Part shown: one piece after another, positions 1 through 8,424 of the stretch | Layout of the letters: each line of letters begins with the position of its first letter | How positions within the stretch are numbered: position 1 is the stretch's first letter | Source: Candidatus Kaiserbacteria bacterium | Lineage (GTDB): Bacteria > Patescibacteriota > Minisyncoccia > Phycocordibacterales > UBA918 | Direction: 5' to 3' | Assembly: GCA_043757305.1 (NCBI GenBank) | Contig: JAYVPP010000056.1 | Location: 1 to 25,075, forward strand | DNA length: 25,075 nt | The notes under the pieces: generated by a model | Told to the model about the DNA's origin: nothing | Seen by the model: the letters and a program-made list of their open reading frames with translations, nothing else | Databases searched by the model: none | Position numbers and translations under genes: made by a program

Positions 1-1
1 C

Positions 2-802
2 CATATCATCAACCTCATGGGTCTCATGCGCATTATGCTTGGAGGACTTAGCCCTGAAGAGGAGTCTGTGGTTGACCGCGCTATTGCAGAAACGTATGCG
101 CTTAAAGACATCAACGGCGAGAGCGACTACTCGCATCTGCCGCCCCCACTCCTTTCTGACTTTGAGCTGGTGCTCCGTGGCATGGAAGGTTCAGACTCTA
201 TTGTACAGCGACTTCAAAAGTACACGACCGGCACCTGGTCTGGCTTCCTAAACCAGCCATCGAACGTTGACATCGACCAAAAGTTCGTAGTCTTTTCGCT
301 CCGCGATATGGAAGACGAGCTCAAGACTATTGCGATGTACATTATTACCCATCACATCTGGAGTGCTATTCGTCGTACACTAAAGAAGCGTCTCCTCGTC
401 ATCGACGAAGCGTGGTGGATGATGAAGTCCGAAGATACCGCGCAGTTTCTTACCTCTATCGCAAAACGCGGACGTAAATACTATCTTGGCCTTTCCACCA
501 TCACACAAGACGTGAACGATTTCTTGCAGTCTGAGTACGGCATCCCGATGATAACAAACTCTTCGATCCAACTCCTCATGAAACAGTCCCCGACGTCTAT
601 CGACCGCGTGCAACAGGTGTTCAACCTCACTGATGAAGAAAAATATCTGTTGCTTGAGTCTGGGGTGGGGGAGGGTATCTTCTTTGCGGGTATGAAGCAT
701 GTGGCGCTCAAAATCATATCGTCGTATACCGAGGACCAAATCATCACGTCAGATCCCTCGCAGCTCCTCGCTATCGCGAAGGCACGCACCGAGCTCGGGT
801 AA
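2..802 (+). CDS. VirB4/TraC-like ATPase, C-terminal part (5'-truncated by window edge)
   Basis: Frame is open from base 2 (HIINLMGL...). Walker B LLVIDEAW and RKYYLGLSTITQDVNDF ('RK..TQ') motifs of the VirB4/FtsK-HerA superfamily; upstream of a VirB2-like pilin. Confidence 0.85.
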   Translation, partial: HIINLMGLMRIMLGGLSPEEESVVDRAIAETYALKDINGESDYSHLPPPLLSDFELVLRGMEGSDSIVQRLQKYTTGTWSGFLNQPSNVDIDQKFVVFSLRDMEDELKTIAMYIITHHIWSAIRRTLKKRLLVIDEAWWMMKSEDTAQFLTSIAKRGRKYYLGLSTITQDVNDFLQSEYGIPMITNSSIQLLMKQSPTSIDRVQQVFNLTDEEKYLLLESGVGEGIFFAGMKHVALKIISSYTEDQIITSDPSQLLAIAKARTELG

Positions 803-813
803 TAGAGAGATAT

Positions 814-1356
814 ATGCGACTACCGCCTATTCCGAAAAAACCTCGCTATAGAATAAGCACTACAGACCGTGCATTTATGATTGTTGCAGCACTTTTTTTC
901 GATCTCGTGCAGCTGATTCCAAAATTATTTGTGTCGGTAGGCATGGTGGGGGCGCTCGTACCTATAGTCGGGTGGATAGTGGGTGGCGCTTCTGTTGCAA
1001 TTGGCGTCGCGTTTGATTTGGTATTTGGTCTCTTAGTATCGACGATTGGATTTAGCAGCATGTGGCTGTGGTTTCAGTGCAAAGATGTTCCCGTGCTTGG
1101 GGGCACGTATATGCAGCGGAAAGTACTGATGCTTCCTGCTTTTTTCATGCTCGAGTTCTTTGTCAGTAGTCTTCCGTCTATCACTGTATGGACGTGGATT
1201 ACTGTCCATTTAGCACGAAAAGAAGACGAGGAGGCACATGCTAAACTGGTAGCAAGGCTTCGCAAAGCACACGATTTTTCGAAGCGTCGAGAAATACAGC
1301 GAGAAGCTGAGCTCGAGGAGCTCAGCGCGCGAGTGGCTCTAAAAACTGCAGCATAA
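814..1356 (+). CDS. Multi-pass membrane protein (hypothetical) of the VirB4/pilin locus
   Basis: 180 aa, several hydrophobic segments (MIVAALFFDL..., GWIVGGASVAIGVAFDLVFGLLV...), charged helical C-tail; tightly spaced in the operon (11 and 6 nt gaps). Confidence 0.75.
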   Translation: MRLPPIPKKPRYRISTTDRAFMIVAALFFDLVQLIPKLFVSVGMVGALVPIVGWIVGGASVAIGVAFDLVFGLLVSTIGFSSMWLWFQCKDVPVLGGTYMQRKVLMLPAFFMLEFFVSSLPSITVWTWITVHLARKEDEEAHAKLVARLRKAHDFSKRREIQREAELEELSARVALKTAA

Positions 1357-1362
1357 ATATCT

Positions 1363-2376
1363 ATGCGATCAACGATACATTATTTTTTACATACTCTTGT
1401 TATAGCATTGGTATTTCTTGTGCCCTTACTTCCACTTGCTCATGCGCAGCTCTTTATGGAACAGAGGACAAATATCGGTCTTTCCGTCAGCCCTCAGTTT
1501 CCTCAACCTCAAGGCACTGTTACTGTTTCACTGTCGGCCTATGGCTACGCCACAAAAGACGCCACCATACTGTGGTATATCAATGGTTCCCCGAGTACCG
1601 AAAATAAAAATGCCCGCGAAATAACTATCCCTACTGGTGACGGCACAAAGTCTCTCACAGTTGAAGCGCGTATTACTGCGGAAGCATTTGGTACAAAAGT
1701 CCTCAAACGTGTCATCGCACCGAGTGCTGTAGATATTATCGCTGAGCCAGATACCTATGTGCCGCTCATGTATCGCGGAAGTGCGCTTCCAAGTGGAGAG
1801 AGCGCCGTTCGGGTTATTGCCATGCCGCAGCTCTATGCAAATGGAAAGTTGGTTTCAAATAAAGACATTCTTTTCACCTGGAAATTAAACGGCGAGGCAC
1901 TCCTCGGGGGAGCGCAACGTGGTACCAACGTAACCACCATTACGATGCCGCGTTTTGGTACAGCGGAGGTAACAGTGCTGGCAGAGACAGCCGACGGAAC
2001 GCGCTCGGCACAAAACACCCTCGCCCTTGCGTCGGTTAAGCCAAAACTCTTGTTCTACGAAACAAGCTCACTCTATGGTACGAGGCTCATTGCACCAAAA
2101 CATTTTGAGTCGTCAAAAGAAGAGCTTTCGGTACTAGCGGAGCCGTACTACATACAAAAGAGTAGTGTCGCAAGTCCGCTTGTGAGCTATAGCTGGAGCG
2201 TCGATGGTAAAAAAGTTACTACGGAAAATCCTCGCATTCTGACTCTCACCAAGGGTGCTCTAGATGCCCGCCAGAATGTTAGTATGATATTTATGAGCAC
2301 CGAAAGAAATATGGCATTTACCGAGAACTCCTTCGATGCAACATTTGTCGATGTGCCAACAATACCTTCACTATGA
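1363..2376 (+). CDS. Secreted beta-rich protein with probable tandem Ig-like domains
   Basis: Signal peptide ending LAHA|Q; three repeats of an Ig/PKD-like motif (TILWYINGS, LFTWKLNGE, SYSWSVDGK). Confidence 0.75.
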   Translation: MRSTIHYFLHTLVIALVFLVPLLPLAHAQLFMEQRTNIGLSVSPQFPQPQGTVTVSLSAYGYATKDATILWYINGSPSTENKNAREITIPTGDGTKSLTVEARITAEAFGTKVLKRVIAPSAVDIIAEPDTYVPLMYRGSALPSGESAVRVIAMPQLYANGKLVSNKDILFTWKLNGEALLGGAQRGTNVTTITMPRFGTAEVTVLAETADGTRSAQNTLALASVKPKLLFYETSSLYGTRLIAPKHFESSKEELSVLAEPYYIQKSSVASPLVSYSWSVDGKKVTTENPRILTLTKGALDARQNVSMIFMSTERNMAFTENSFDATFVDVPTIPSL

Positions 2377-2765
2377 AAAAGATTTATATAACACTTATAT
2401 TTTTTCTACTTTGCTCCGCACCACTTGCTCTCATGGCAGCGGGCGCAACAACCAACAGCCAATATCATCCGCTTGCCCTCGGCATCCCTGGAGTAACGGA
2501 CAAAGAAGGGGCGACACCGTCGCTCATCGCGTATCTCAATGCCATCTTTACGCTCACCATTTCACTCGCTGCAACCTTTGCGGTGCTCCGTATCGTAGTT
2601 GCAGGTTTTCAGTATATGATGACCGACGCATGGGGAAGCAAAGAAGAAGCAGTGGGTACCATTTGGGCTGTTATCACAGGTCTCGTTGTACTCCTGCTCT
2701 CGGTCATTATCTTAAAGACGATCAACCCCGATTTGCTCAATCTTGATATTCTTCGTCTGAAGTAA
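2373..2765 (+). CDS. VirB2/TrbC-like (CPR T4SS-type) pilin
   Basis: Signal peptide, then two hydrophobic helices with the typical pattern IFTLTISLAATFAVLRIVVAGFQYM...KEEAVGTIWAVITGLVVLLLSVIILKTINPDL; ATGA overlap with the upstream gene. Confidence 0.85.
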   Translation: MKKIYITLIFFLLCSAPLALMAAGATTNSQYHPLALGIPGVTDKEGATPSLIAYLNAIFTLTISLAATFAVLRIVVAGFQYMMTDAWGSKEEAVGTIWAVITGLVVLLLSVIILKTINPDLLNLDILRLK

Positions 2766-2775
2766 TACACATACT

Positions 2776-3951
2776 ATGAAGCACCCCTTTATCATCTTTG
2801 GTTCACTTGGTGCAGCAGTGGTACTTGGTGCTGCGGCGTGGATATACTTCATGCTTTTTTATACACACTCGGCACCTGCACACTCAGCACCAAACCCTTT
2901 TACTGAGGCGAGTTCCACTAAGGGCTTTGACGCGTTGGCACAAGAACGTGCCGCGGAAGTAGGGACTACAACCCCTGGTCAGGTAGCTTCATCTGGTGGA
3001 GCGCGCTTACTCACTCTTCGAAAATCTCTTGCTGCTGTTGCACTTCAAGGTGAAACGTATCGTTTTGTCGAAGCAGGTACGGGTCATATATACCAGACCG
3101 ATACTTCAGGAACTGAAACAAAAATTTCTGGCACCACGTTTCCTGGAGTAAGACAGGCTGTATGGTCAAAAGAAGGGACTCGAGTCGCACTAATTCAAGA
3201 AACTGAAAGTGGAGCGTTTGAAACCTTTGCTGGTGTCCTTCAGAAAAATGATGCTGGAGCAATGACGCTCGAAGGCTCAATTATAAACAGTAGTGGTGAA
3301 AATATTTCCTTTAGCGAGTTGGGCGACACATTATTTTCTACTCGACCTACTCTACAGGGGGGGACTGAGGGCATCGCAGTAAGCCTCAAAACAAAGAAGA
3401 CTCAGACGCTTTTTACAACACCACTTCGTAACACCGTTGTTTGGTGGGAGCCATCCATCATCATAAGCACCAGGCCTTCAGCGGTTTTGCCAGGATTTGC
3501 CTACACAAAAGACGGTATTCGTATCACTGACAGTATGAATGCGTTCTCAGAAAAGGAGATGGGTAATGCAACACTTTTCTCTGGGGAGAGTGGCGGGACA
3601 CTCACCTCATGGATCCGTATAGGTTCCCGTACAACCCTTCTTTCACGAGGAGTAATTCCAGAAAAATGTACGCGCAAGGACTTCTTGCTTGTGTGTGCAA
3701 TTCCCTCAAGTTTTGAAAACGCAGGTTACCCAGACCTGTGGTATCGAGGGGAAATCTCCTATAGCGATTCACTTTGGCAGTTTGATATGCAGTCAGGAAG
3801 TTCGACTCTTCTCTTCGACTTTGAGACAACGACAAAAAAACCAATTGACGTTCGCTCTATTGCCATCACCGCAGACGGATATCTTCTCGAAGGGAAGACT
3901 GATGGCAGTCTGTGGTTTGTACAAAACAGAGCTATACAGCGGCCTCAGTAG
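2776..3951 (+). CDS. Membrane-anchored extracytoplasmic protein, probable beta-propeller (TolB-like)
   Basis: N-terminal TM anchor, Pro/Ser/Thr linker, blade-like motifs (AVWSKEGTRVAL, ISFSELGDTLF, IAITADGYLL). Overlaps the yidC 3' end by 20 nt. Confidence 0.65.
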   Translation: MKHPFIIFGSLGAAVVLGAAAWIYFMLFYTHSAPAHSAPNPFTEASSTKGFDALAQERAAEVGTTTPGQVASSGGARLLTLRKSLAAVALQGETYRFVEAGTGHIYQTDTSGTETKISGTTFPGVRQAVWSKEGTRVALIQETESGAFETFAGVLQKNDAGAMTLEGSIINSSGENISFSELGDTLFSTRPTLQGGTEGIAVSLKTKKTQTLFTTPLRNTVVWWEPSIIISTRPSAVLPGFAYTKDGIRITDSMNAFSEKEMGNATLFSGESGGTLTSWIRIGSRTTLLSRGVIPEKCTRKDFLLVCAIPSSFENAGYPDLWYRGEISYSDSLWQFDMQSGSSTLLFDFETTTKKPIDVRSIAITADGYLLEGKTDGSLWFVQNRAIQRPQ

Positions 3952-4711
3952 CGAGTGGCGGTTGCTCATTCTGTTCGCTTTTCTTATGGAGCGCTCGCAC
4001 AAGATACTCCTGCACGATGCCCATGATATTGGACACAATAAAGTAGAGCGCGACGGTTGCTGACGCCGAGTACGCAAAGAAAAAGATAAGAAGCGGCATT
4101 ACATACCGCATCTGTAAATGCATACTTTGTGCAAAATCATCTTTAAGCGAGGGTTTGTCACCCTCCTTTCGTGCAGCTGGTTTTGGAAACGTGAGATAGA
4201 CTTGAAAAAATTGTGTTGCACCCGCAAGAGCAGCGAGAAAAATATTTTTAGTCGCAATATTAACAAGATCGAGAAACAGCATCGATGTTGTGTGCGGTGC
4301 GCTAATGAACGAATACAAAATTGCGGTGTTGATATCAGGGAGATGAATGCCGTTTCGAGTATACACCGAAAGGTACAACGCGATGACTACCGGAATCTGT
4401 ATAAAGAGCAGAGCGATACTCGCAAATGGATTTACCTTTGCGTGCTTATAGATTGCAAACGTTTCTCGAGCAAGTGTTTCGCGATCATCTTTATAACGCT
4501 CTTTGAGCTCGGCGAGCTTTGGTTCAATAGCACGCATTGCATGCTGCGTGCGTGCGGCCTTAATAGAGAGGGGGAGGAGCGCAACTTTTACACAGACAGT
4601 GAGCACGATGATAGCGATACCGACATCCCCCCGAGGTACTACATCGATTAAGAAAACAAGCCCGTTGTATATAGGGTCAAAGAAAACTGTATGCCAAAAA
4701 GTAGAAATCAT
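3932..4711 (-). CDS. yidC: Membrane protein insertase YidC (short form without a large periplasmic domain)
   Basis: GIAIIVLTVCVKVALLPL, IEPKLAELKERYKDD, NPFAS..LFIQIP, ALYFIVSN; position after rpmH-rnpA. Confidence 0.95.
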   Translation of the reverse strand: MISTFWHTVFFDPIYNGLVFLIDVVPRGDVGIAIIVLTVCVKVALLPLSIKAARTQHAMRAIEPKLAELKERYKDDRETLARETFAIYKHAKVNPFASIALLFIQIPVVIALYLSVYTRNGIHLPDINTAILYSFISAPHTTSMLFLDLVNIATKNIFLAALAGATQFFQVYLTFPKPAARKEGDKPSLKDDFAQSMHLQMRYVMPLLIFFFAYSASATVALYFIVSNIMGIVQEYLVRALHKKSEQNEQPPLATEAAV

Positions 4712-4719
4712 GCGAGGTA

Positions 4720-5052
4720 TTATACCTTCTTTTCAAGAAACAGACCTGCGAGCTCCTCATCTATGTGCGCAGCTGTCATGCCACGAGCCTCTTTTTTTGC
4801 AACACACACGAGAAGCATCGGTGCTGCTGCACGAGGAAGAAGTGTGCAGAGCACTTCATACGTCTGACGACGCATTCTATTACGCATCACTGCAGTGGCA
4901 GCGACCTTCTTGCTAACCACAACACCTGCGCGCGCATGTCCTTCTGGAGCGGGGAGATATACATACGAAAATAGCGTGCTTTGTACACGCTTACCTCGTT
5001 TCATAACATCGACGAGCTCTGTTCTTCCGAGTCGAAAACGTGTCCGACGCAT
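4720..5052 (-). CDS. rnpA: Ribonuclease P protein component
   Basis: GVVVSKKVAATAVMRNRMRR (RNR motif); position between rpmH and yidC. Confidence 0.93.
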   Translation of the reverse strand: MRRTRFRLGRTELVDVMKRGKRVQSTLFSYVYLPAPEGHARAGVVVSKKVAATAVMRNRMRRQTYEVLCTLLPRAAAPMLLVCVAKKEARGMTAAHIDEELAGLFLEKKV

Positions 5053-5058
5053 AGGAGA

Positions 5059-5196
5059 CTATACAGCAAGTCGCTTTCGTCCAACCGCACGACGACGTGC
5101 AAGCACTTTCTTGCCGCCCACAGTTTTAGTGCGAGTGAGAAAACCGTGCGTTCTTGCACGCTTGCGCTTCTTTGGTTGGTAAGTTCGCTTTGGCAT
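5059..5196 (-). CDS. rpmH: 50S ribosomal protein L34
   Basis: [22 protein letters not shown]...GRKRLAV (45 aa). True start is ATG at 5196, inside the 91-aa ORF of the track. Confidence 0.97.
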   Translation of the reverse strand: MPKRTYQPKKRKRARTHGFLTRTKTVGGKKVLARRRAVGRKRLAV

Positions 5197-5273
5197 ACGG
5201 AATACAGTACACCACAATGATATTTTTATCAAATGAGGTATTTCATCTATTGACGTCGTCGCAATCATCTTGT

Positions 5274-5307
5274 TGTCCCCACGCTGTACACAGGTGTAGC
5301 GGGGACA
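5274..5307. repeat. Imperfect hairpin in the rpmH-dnaA intergenic region
   Basis: TGTCCCC/GGGGACA 7-bp base, 2-nt bulge, then 7 more pairs (2 G-U). Overlaps two 2-mismatch DnaA-box-like 9-mers (TTGTCCCCA 5273, CTGTACACA 5284). Confidence 0.45.
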
Positions 5308-5336
5308 CGGCACGAAAGCCTTATTTATCGCCATAG

Positions 5337-5364
5337 TTTACAGCATAAACCACGAGAGTATAAT
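5337..5364 (+). promoter_or_regulatory. Sigma70-type promoter for dnaA
   Basis: TTTACA-N16-TATAAT. Predicted TSS near 5371 favours ATG 5389 over GTG 5368. Confidence 0.7.
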
Positions 5365-5388
5365 GCTGTGACAAGTTATTTTGTTCTC

Positions 5389-6768
5389 ATGACTACTACG
5401 CATAATGCTTCGCTGACACAAAGTCGTATTGAACATATCGACATTAAAGCATTGTGGGATAATTCACTGGTCAATATCGAGCTTTCTATTTCCCCCGCTA
5501 ATTTTAAGACATGGTTTCGCGACACACATATAGTGTCACTTGAAGATGGTACAGTCACTCTTGGAGTGCCGTCGGTATTTGTAAAAGACTGGCTCTCGGA
5601 TAAATTCAATCCCCTTATTCTGAAAACGCTCCGCTCCCTCTCAACATATGTCCGCGCAGTAGAGTATGTAGTGGTGCAGAAAAACGATCGTCGTGTCGAA
5701 AAACAAAAAACTCAGACGGTAAACGCCACCATCCCGCTCGAGGAGTACTACATAAACAAGAGCGACAACCTGAATCCTCGCTATGTGTTTGATACCTTTG
5801 TGGTTGGTCCATTCAATCAGCTTGCACATGCAGCCGCTTTTACCGTGGCTCAAAAGCCAGGTATCGCATATAACCCGCTTTTTATTTATGGTTCAACAGG
5901 ACACGGCAAAACACACCTCATCCAGGGCGTAGGCAACCACCTCAAGCGCATGGGGAAAAAAGTATTTTACGTTACCAGCGAACGCTTTGCTGTGGATTAT
6001 ATGAATGCACTTCAGAGTGGCTCCGCAAACAACTTCAAAGATAAGTACCGTCAGTACGATGTGCTTATTATGGATGATATTCAGTTTCTTTCGAACAAAG
6101 AAAAAACTCAGGAGGAGCTGTTCCACCTCTTTAACGCAATGCATGACAACAACCGCCAGATTGTTTTTTCATCTGATGTACATCCGTCGCTCATGCAGGG
6201 GATGGAGGAGCGTCTTCGCTCTCGCTTCTCACAGGGCATGATCGTCGACATTCCAAAACCAGATTTTGAATCTCGTATAGCCATTCTTAAAGCAAAGGCT
6301 GCTCATATTCATATCAATCTTGGCGACGATGTGGTGGAGCATCTTGCAGGAACCATCGAAGGTAACATCCGTGAGCTCGAAGGCGCACTCAACACTATCT
6401 TGTGTCAGTCACAACTCCTTGGAAAAACTTTAACACTTGACGAGGTGCGTACCCTTATCAAAAATAGTACTCGCCCTCGGAAGACACTCGCGGTACAAGA
6501 TGTGGTTGATAAAATTGCACGCTTTTATAACATAGATCCATCTTCTATTTACGAAAAGACTCGCAAAAAGGAGGTGGTGAAACCCCGCCAGCTCATTATG
6601 TATATTCTCCGCGAGGATTTTCAAGTGTCGTACCCTGCAATCGGACAAAAACTTGGTGGCCGTGACCACACCACAGTCATTCACTCATGTGAAAAAATTA
6701 AACATGATATGAAAAACGATACAGAGCTTGAGGAAGAAATAGGTCACATTCGCGCACTTCTAAAGTAG
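5389..6768 (+). CDS. dnaA: Chromosomal replication initiator DnaA
   Basis: LNPRYVFDTFVVG, YNPLFIYGSTGHGKTHL (Walker A), DVLIMDDIQF, RLRSRF, GGRDHTTVIHS. Confidence 0.98.
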   Translation: MTTTHNASLTQSRIEHIDIKALWDNSLVNIELSISPANFKTWFRDTHIVSLEDGTVTLGVPSVFVKDWLSDKFNPLILKTLRSLSTYVRAVEYVVVQKNDRRVEKQKTQTVNATIPLEEYYINKSDNLNPRYVFDTFVVGPFNQLAHAAAFTVAQKPGIAYNPLFIYGSTGHGKTHLIQGVGNHLKRMGKKVFYVTSERFAVDYMNALQSGSANNFKDKYRQYDVLIMDDIQFLSNKEKTQEELFHLFNAMHDNNRQIVFSSDVHPSLMQGMEERLRSRFSQGMIVDIPKPDFESRIAILKAKAAHIHINLGDDVVEHLAGTIEGNIRELEGALNTILCQSQLLGKTLTLDEVRTLIKNSTRPRKTLAVQDVVDKIARFYNIDPSSIYEKTRKKEVVKPRQLIMYILREDFQVSYPAIGQKLGGRDHTTVIHSCEKIKHDMKNDTELEEEIGHIRALLK

Positions 6769-7050
6769 GGGTGGTTCTTGTTTTGTTTTTTTGTACCCTC
6801 TGTTAGTGTGGAAAACATCTGTATAAGACATCATGACGCACTGCGCGACACATGCGTGAGATGTGTACAAAAAGAGCTCTGGGCAACTTATCTCTACTTA
6901 TACACATTGTATGCACCACAACCTTAATTAGTACCAACTCCCTCTCCACACCCTCATATTCCAAAATACGCCCTAAAAAAAGAAGATAATAAACTTTTCC
7001 ACACATCCACACCCCTAATAAGAGTAGTAAAACTTTTAAACCTAAAATAT
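6769..7050. other. Replication origin oriC (dnaA-dnaN intergenic)
   Basis: DnaA boxes TGTGGAAAA 6807, TCTGTATAA 6818, TGTGTACAA 6862, TTATACACA 6898, CTCTCCACA 6942, TTTTCCACA 6995, ACATCCACA 7003, followed by a trinucleotide-phased run CTA ATA AGA GTA GTA (7015-7029) and an AT-rich tract. Confidence 0.85.
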
Positions 7051-8151
7051 ATGAAAGTACTGTGTACAAAAGAAAAACTGCAAAAGGTGTTGGAAACCGC
7101 AGTTCGTATTAGCGCCCGCCACCACACACTCGCCATACTTCAAACCGTTCGTATTGAAGCAAAAGAGAATACTCTTGAGATCCGAGCAACTAACCTTGAG
7201 ATAGGTCTCATTGCACAAACTGAAGCCGAAATTTCTACCACAGGAGTTGTTGCGGTATCTGCACAAACACTTCTTCAAACACTCACTGTCTCATCAGCCT
7301 CTAAGGTTTCTCTTGAGGTGGTAGGAGAAACACTAATCGTAACCCTCGATCGTACGAAATCCGAGCTCAAGATTTACCCCGCCGATGATTTTCCAACAAT
7401 CAATTACATTACTGGCGAGGGAGTGCGCATCGACGGTAAACTTTTTGCAAATGGTATCAAGAGTGTCGTATTCGCTGCATCACAGTCGTCTATTAAACCA
7501 GAGCTCTGTGCTGTATATATGTACCAAAAGAAAGCTCATACACTCACCTTGGTCGCAACAGACTCTTTTCGGTTGGCAGAATGTCAGGTACCAATGATAT
7601 CGTTTACACTCGCTCATTCGATTTTAGTACCACAAAAAAACGCTCTCGAAATAGCCCGAACACTTGAAAGTATTGAGGAATCACCAACACTTACGATTAC
7701 AGAAAACCAAATTGCGCTCTCGTTCCCAAGTGGTGTATATCTCGTGTCGCGTCTCATAGAGGGCAATTTTCCTGATTACGAGCAAATTATTCCCAAAGAG
7801 TATCAAACCCACGCAACACTCCTTTTGAAAGATCTGGAGCGAGGCTTGCGCTCTGTAACAATTTTTGCAAATAAATTTATGCAAATTGCTGCTGATGTGA
7901 AGCCTTCCACACATTCCCTTACACTTCGTGCAGAGAACCTAGACTCTGGTCGCGCAGAAGATGTTGTGCGCATCGAGGGTGATGGTGCAGACCTCACGCT
8001 CAGCTTCAATCAGCACTACTTAAGCGAGGCGTTGTCGCATTTTTCTTCAGACAGTGTGCTTTGTTCCTTTGCAGGTATTGGGCGACCACTTGTTATGAAA
8101 GGTGTTTCTGATGAACGTTTCCGGTACCTGGTGATGCCAATGAATAAATAG
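7051..8151 (+). CDS. dnaN: DNA polymerase III beta sliding clamp
   Basis: RATNLEIG, ADDFPTI, LVATDSFRLA, SRLIEGNFPDYEQIIP, FRYLVMPM. Confidence 0.98.
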   Translation: MKVLCTKEKLQKVLETAVRISARHHTLAILQTVRIEAKENTLEIRATNLEIGLIAQTEAEISTTGVVAVSAQTLLQTLTVSSASKVSLEVVGETLIVTLDRTKSELKIYPADDFPTINYITGEGVRIDGKLFANGIKSVVFAASQSSIKPELCAVYMYQKKAHTLTLVATDSFRLAECQVPMISFTLAHSILVPQKNALEIARTLESIEESPTLTITENQIALSFPSGVYLVSRLIEGNFPDYEQIIPKEYQTHATLLLKDLERGLRSVTIFANKFMQIAADVKPSTHSLTLRAENLDSGRAEDVVRIEGDGADLTLSFNQHYLSEALSHFSSDSVLCSFAGIGRPLVMKGVSDERFRYLVMPMNK

Positions 8152-8154
8152 TCT

Positions 8155-8424
8155 ATGGCACTTGATATCCGCGGTATTCTCGAGGCATACAAACAGCGGC
8201 TACGAGCTCCGCAGAAGACGGTGATAAATGAAATAGTTGCTGCCTATGAAGCTGTGGGCCTTAAGGTTTCTGATCGCGACCTCGCATATACTCCAAGTAC
8301 ACGCACACTTACCATACGGGCAATGGGGCCGCGTAAGATGGAGATGTTGCTGCGTAAAGATGCTGTGCTTCGCCAAGCACGCACTACACTAAACGACAAA
8401 GATATTCCACTTGATATTATTTAA
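8155..8424 (+). CDS. Small protein downstream of dnaN, possible DciA/DUF721-like helicase loader
   Basis: 89 aa, starts 3 nt after dnaN. Alpha-beta-beta-alpha-beta pattern (RTLTIRAMGPRKMEMLLRKDAVLRQARTTL) like the DciA KH-like core. The CDS is well supported; the function is inference. Confidence 0.55.
   Translation: MALDIRGILEAYKQRLRAPQKTVINEIVAAYEAVGLKVSDRDLAYTPSTRTLTIRAMGPRKMEMLLRKDAVLRQARTTLNDKDIPLDII

Noticed and set aside
4712-4719. yidD between rnpA and yidC
   Set aside because: Only 8 nt separate the two genes, so there is no room. Its absence is not unusual enough to report as a finding.
5197-5334. N-terminal extension of the rpmH ORF (91 aa in the track); similar extensions for dnaA, PBP, tyrS, pilB, tsaE and holA
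   Set aside because: Homology begins at an internal Met, and the extensions overlap predicted promoters or the upstream gene.
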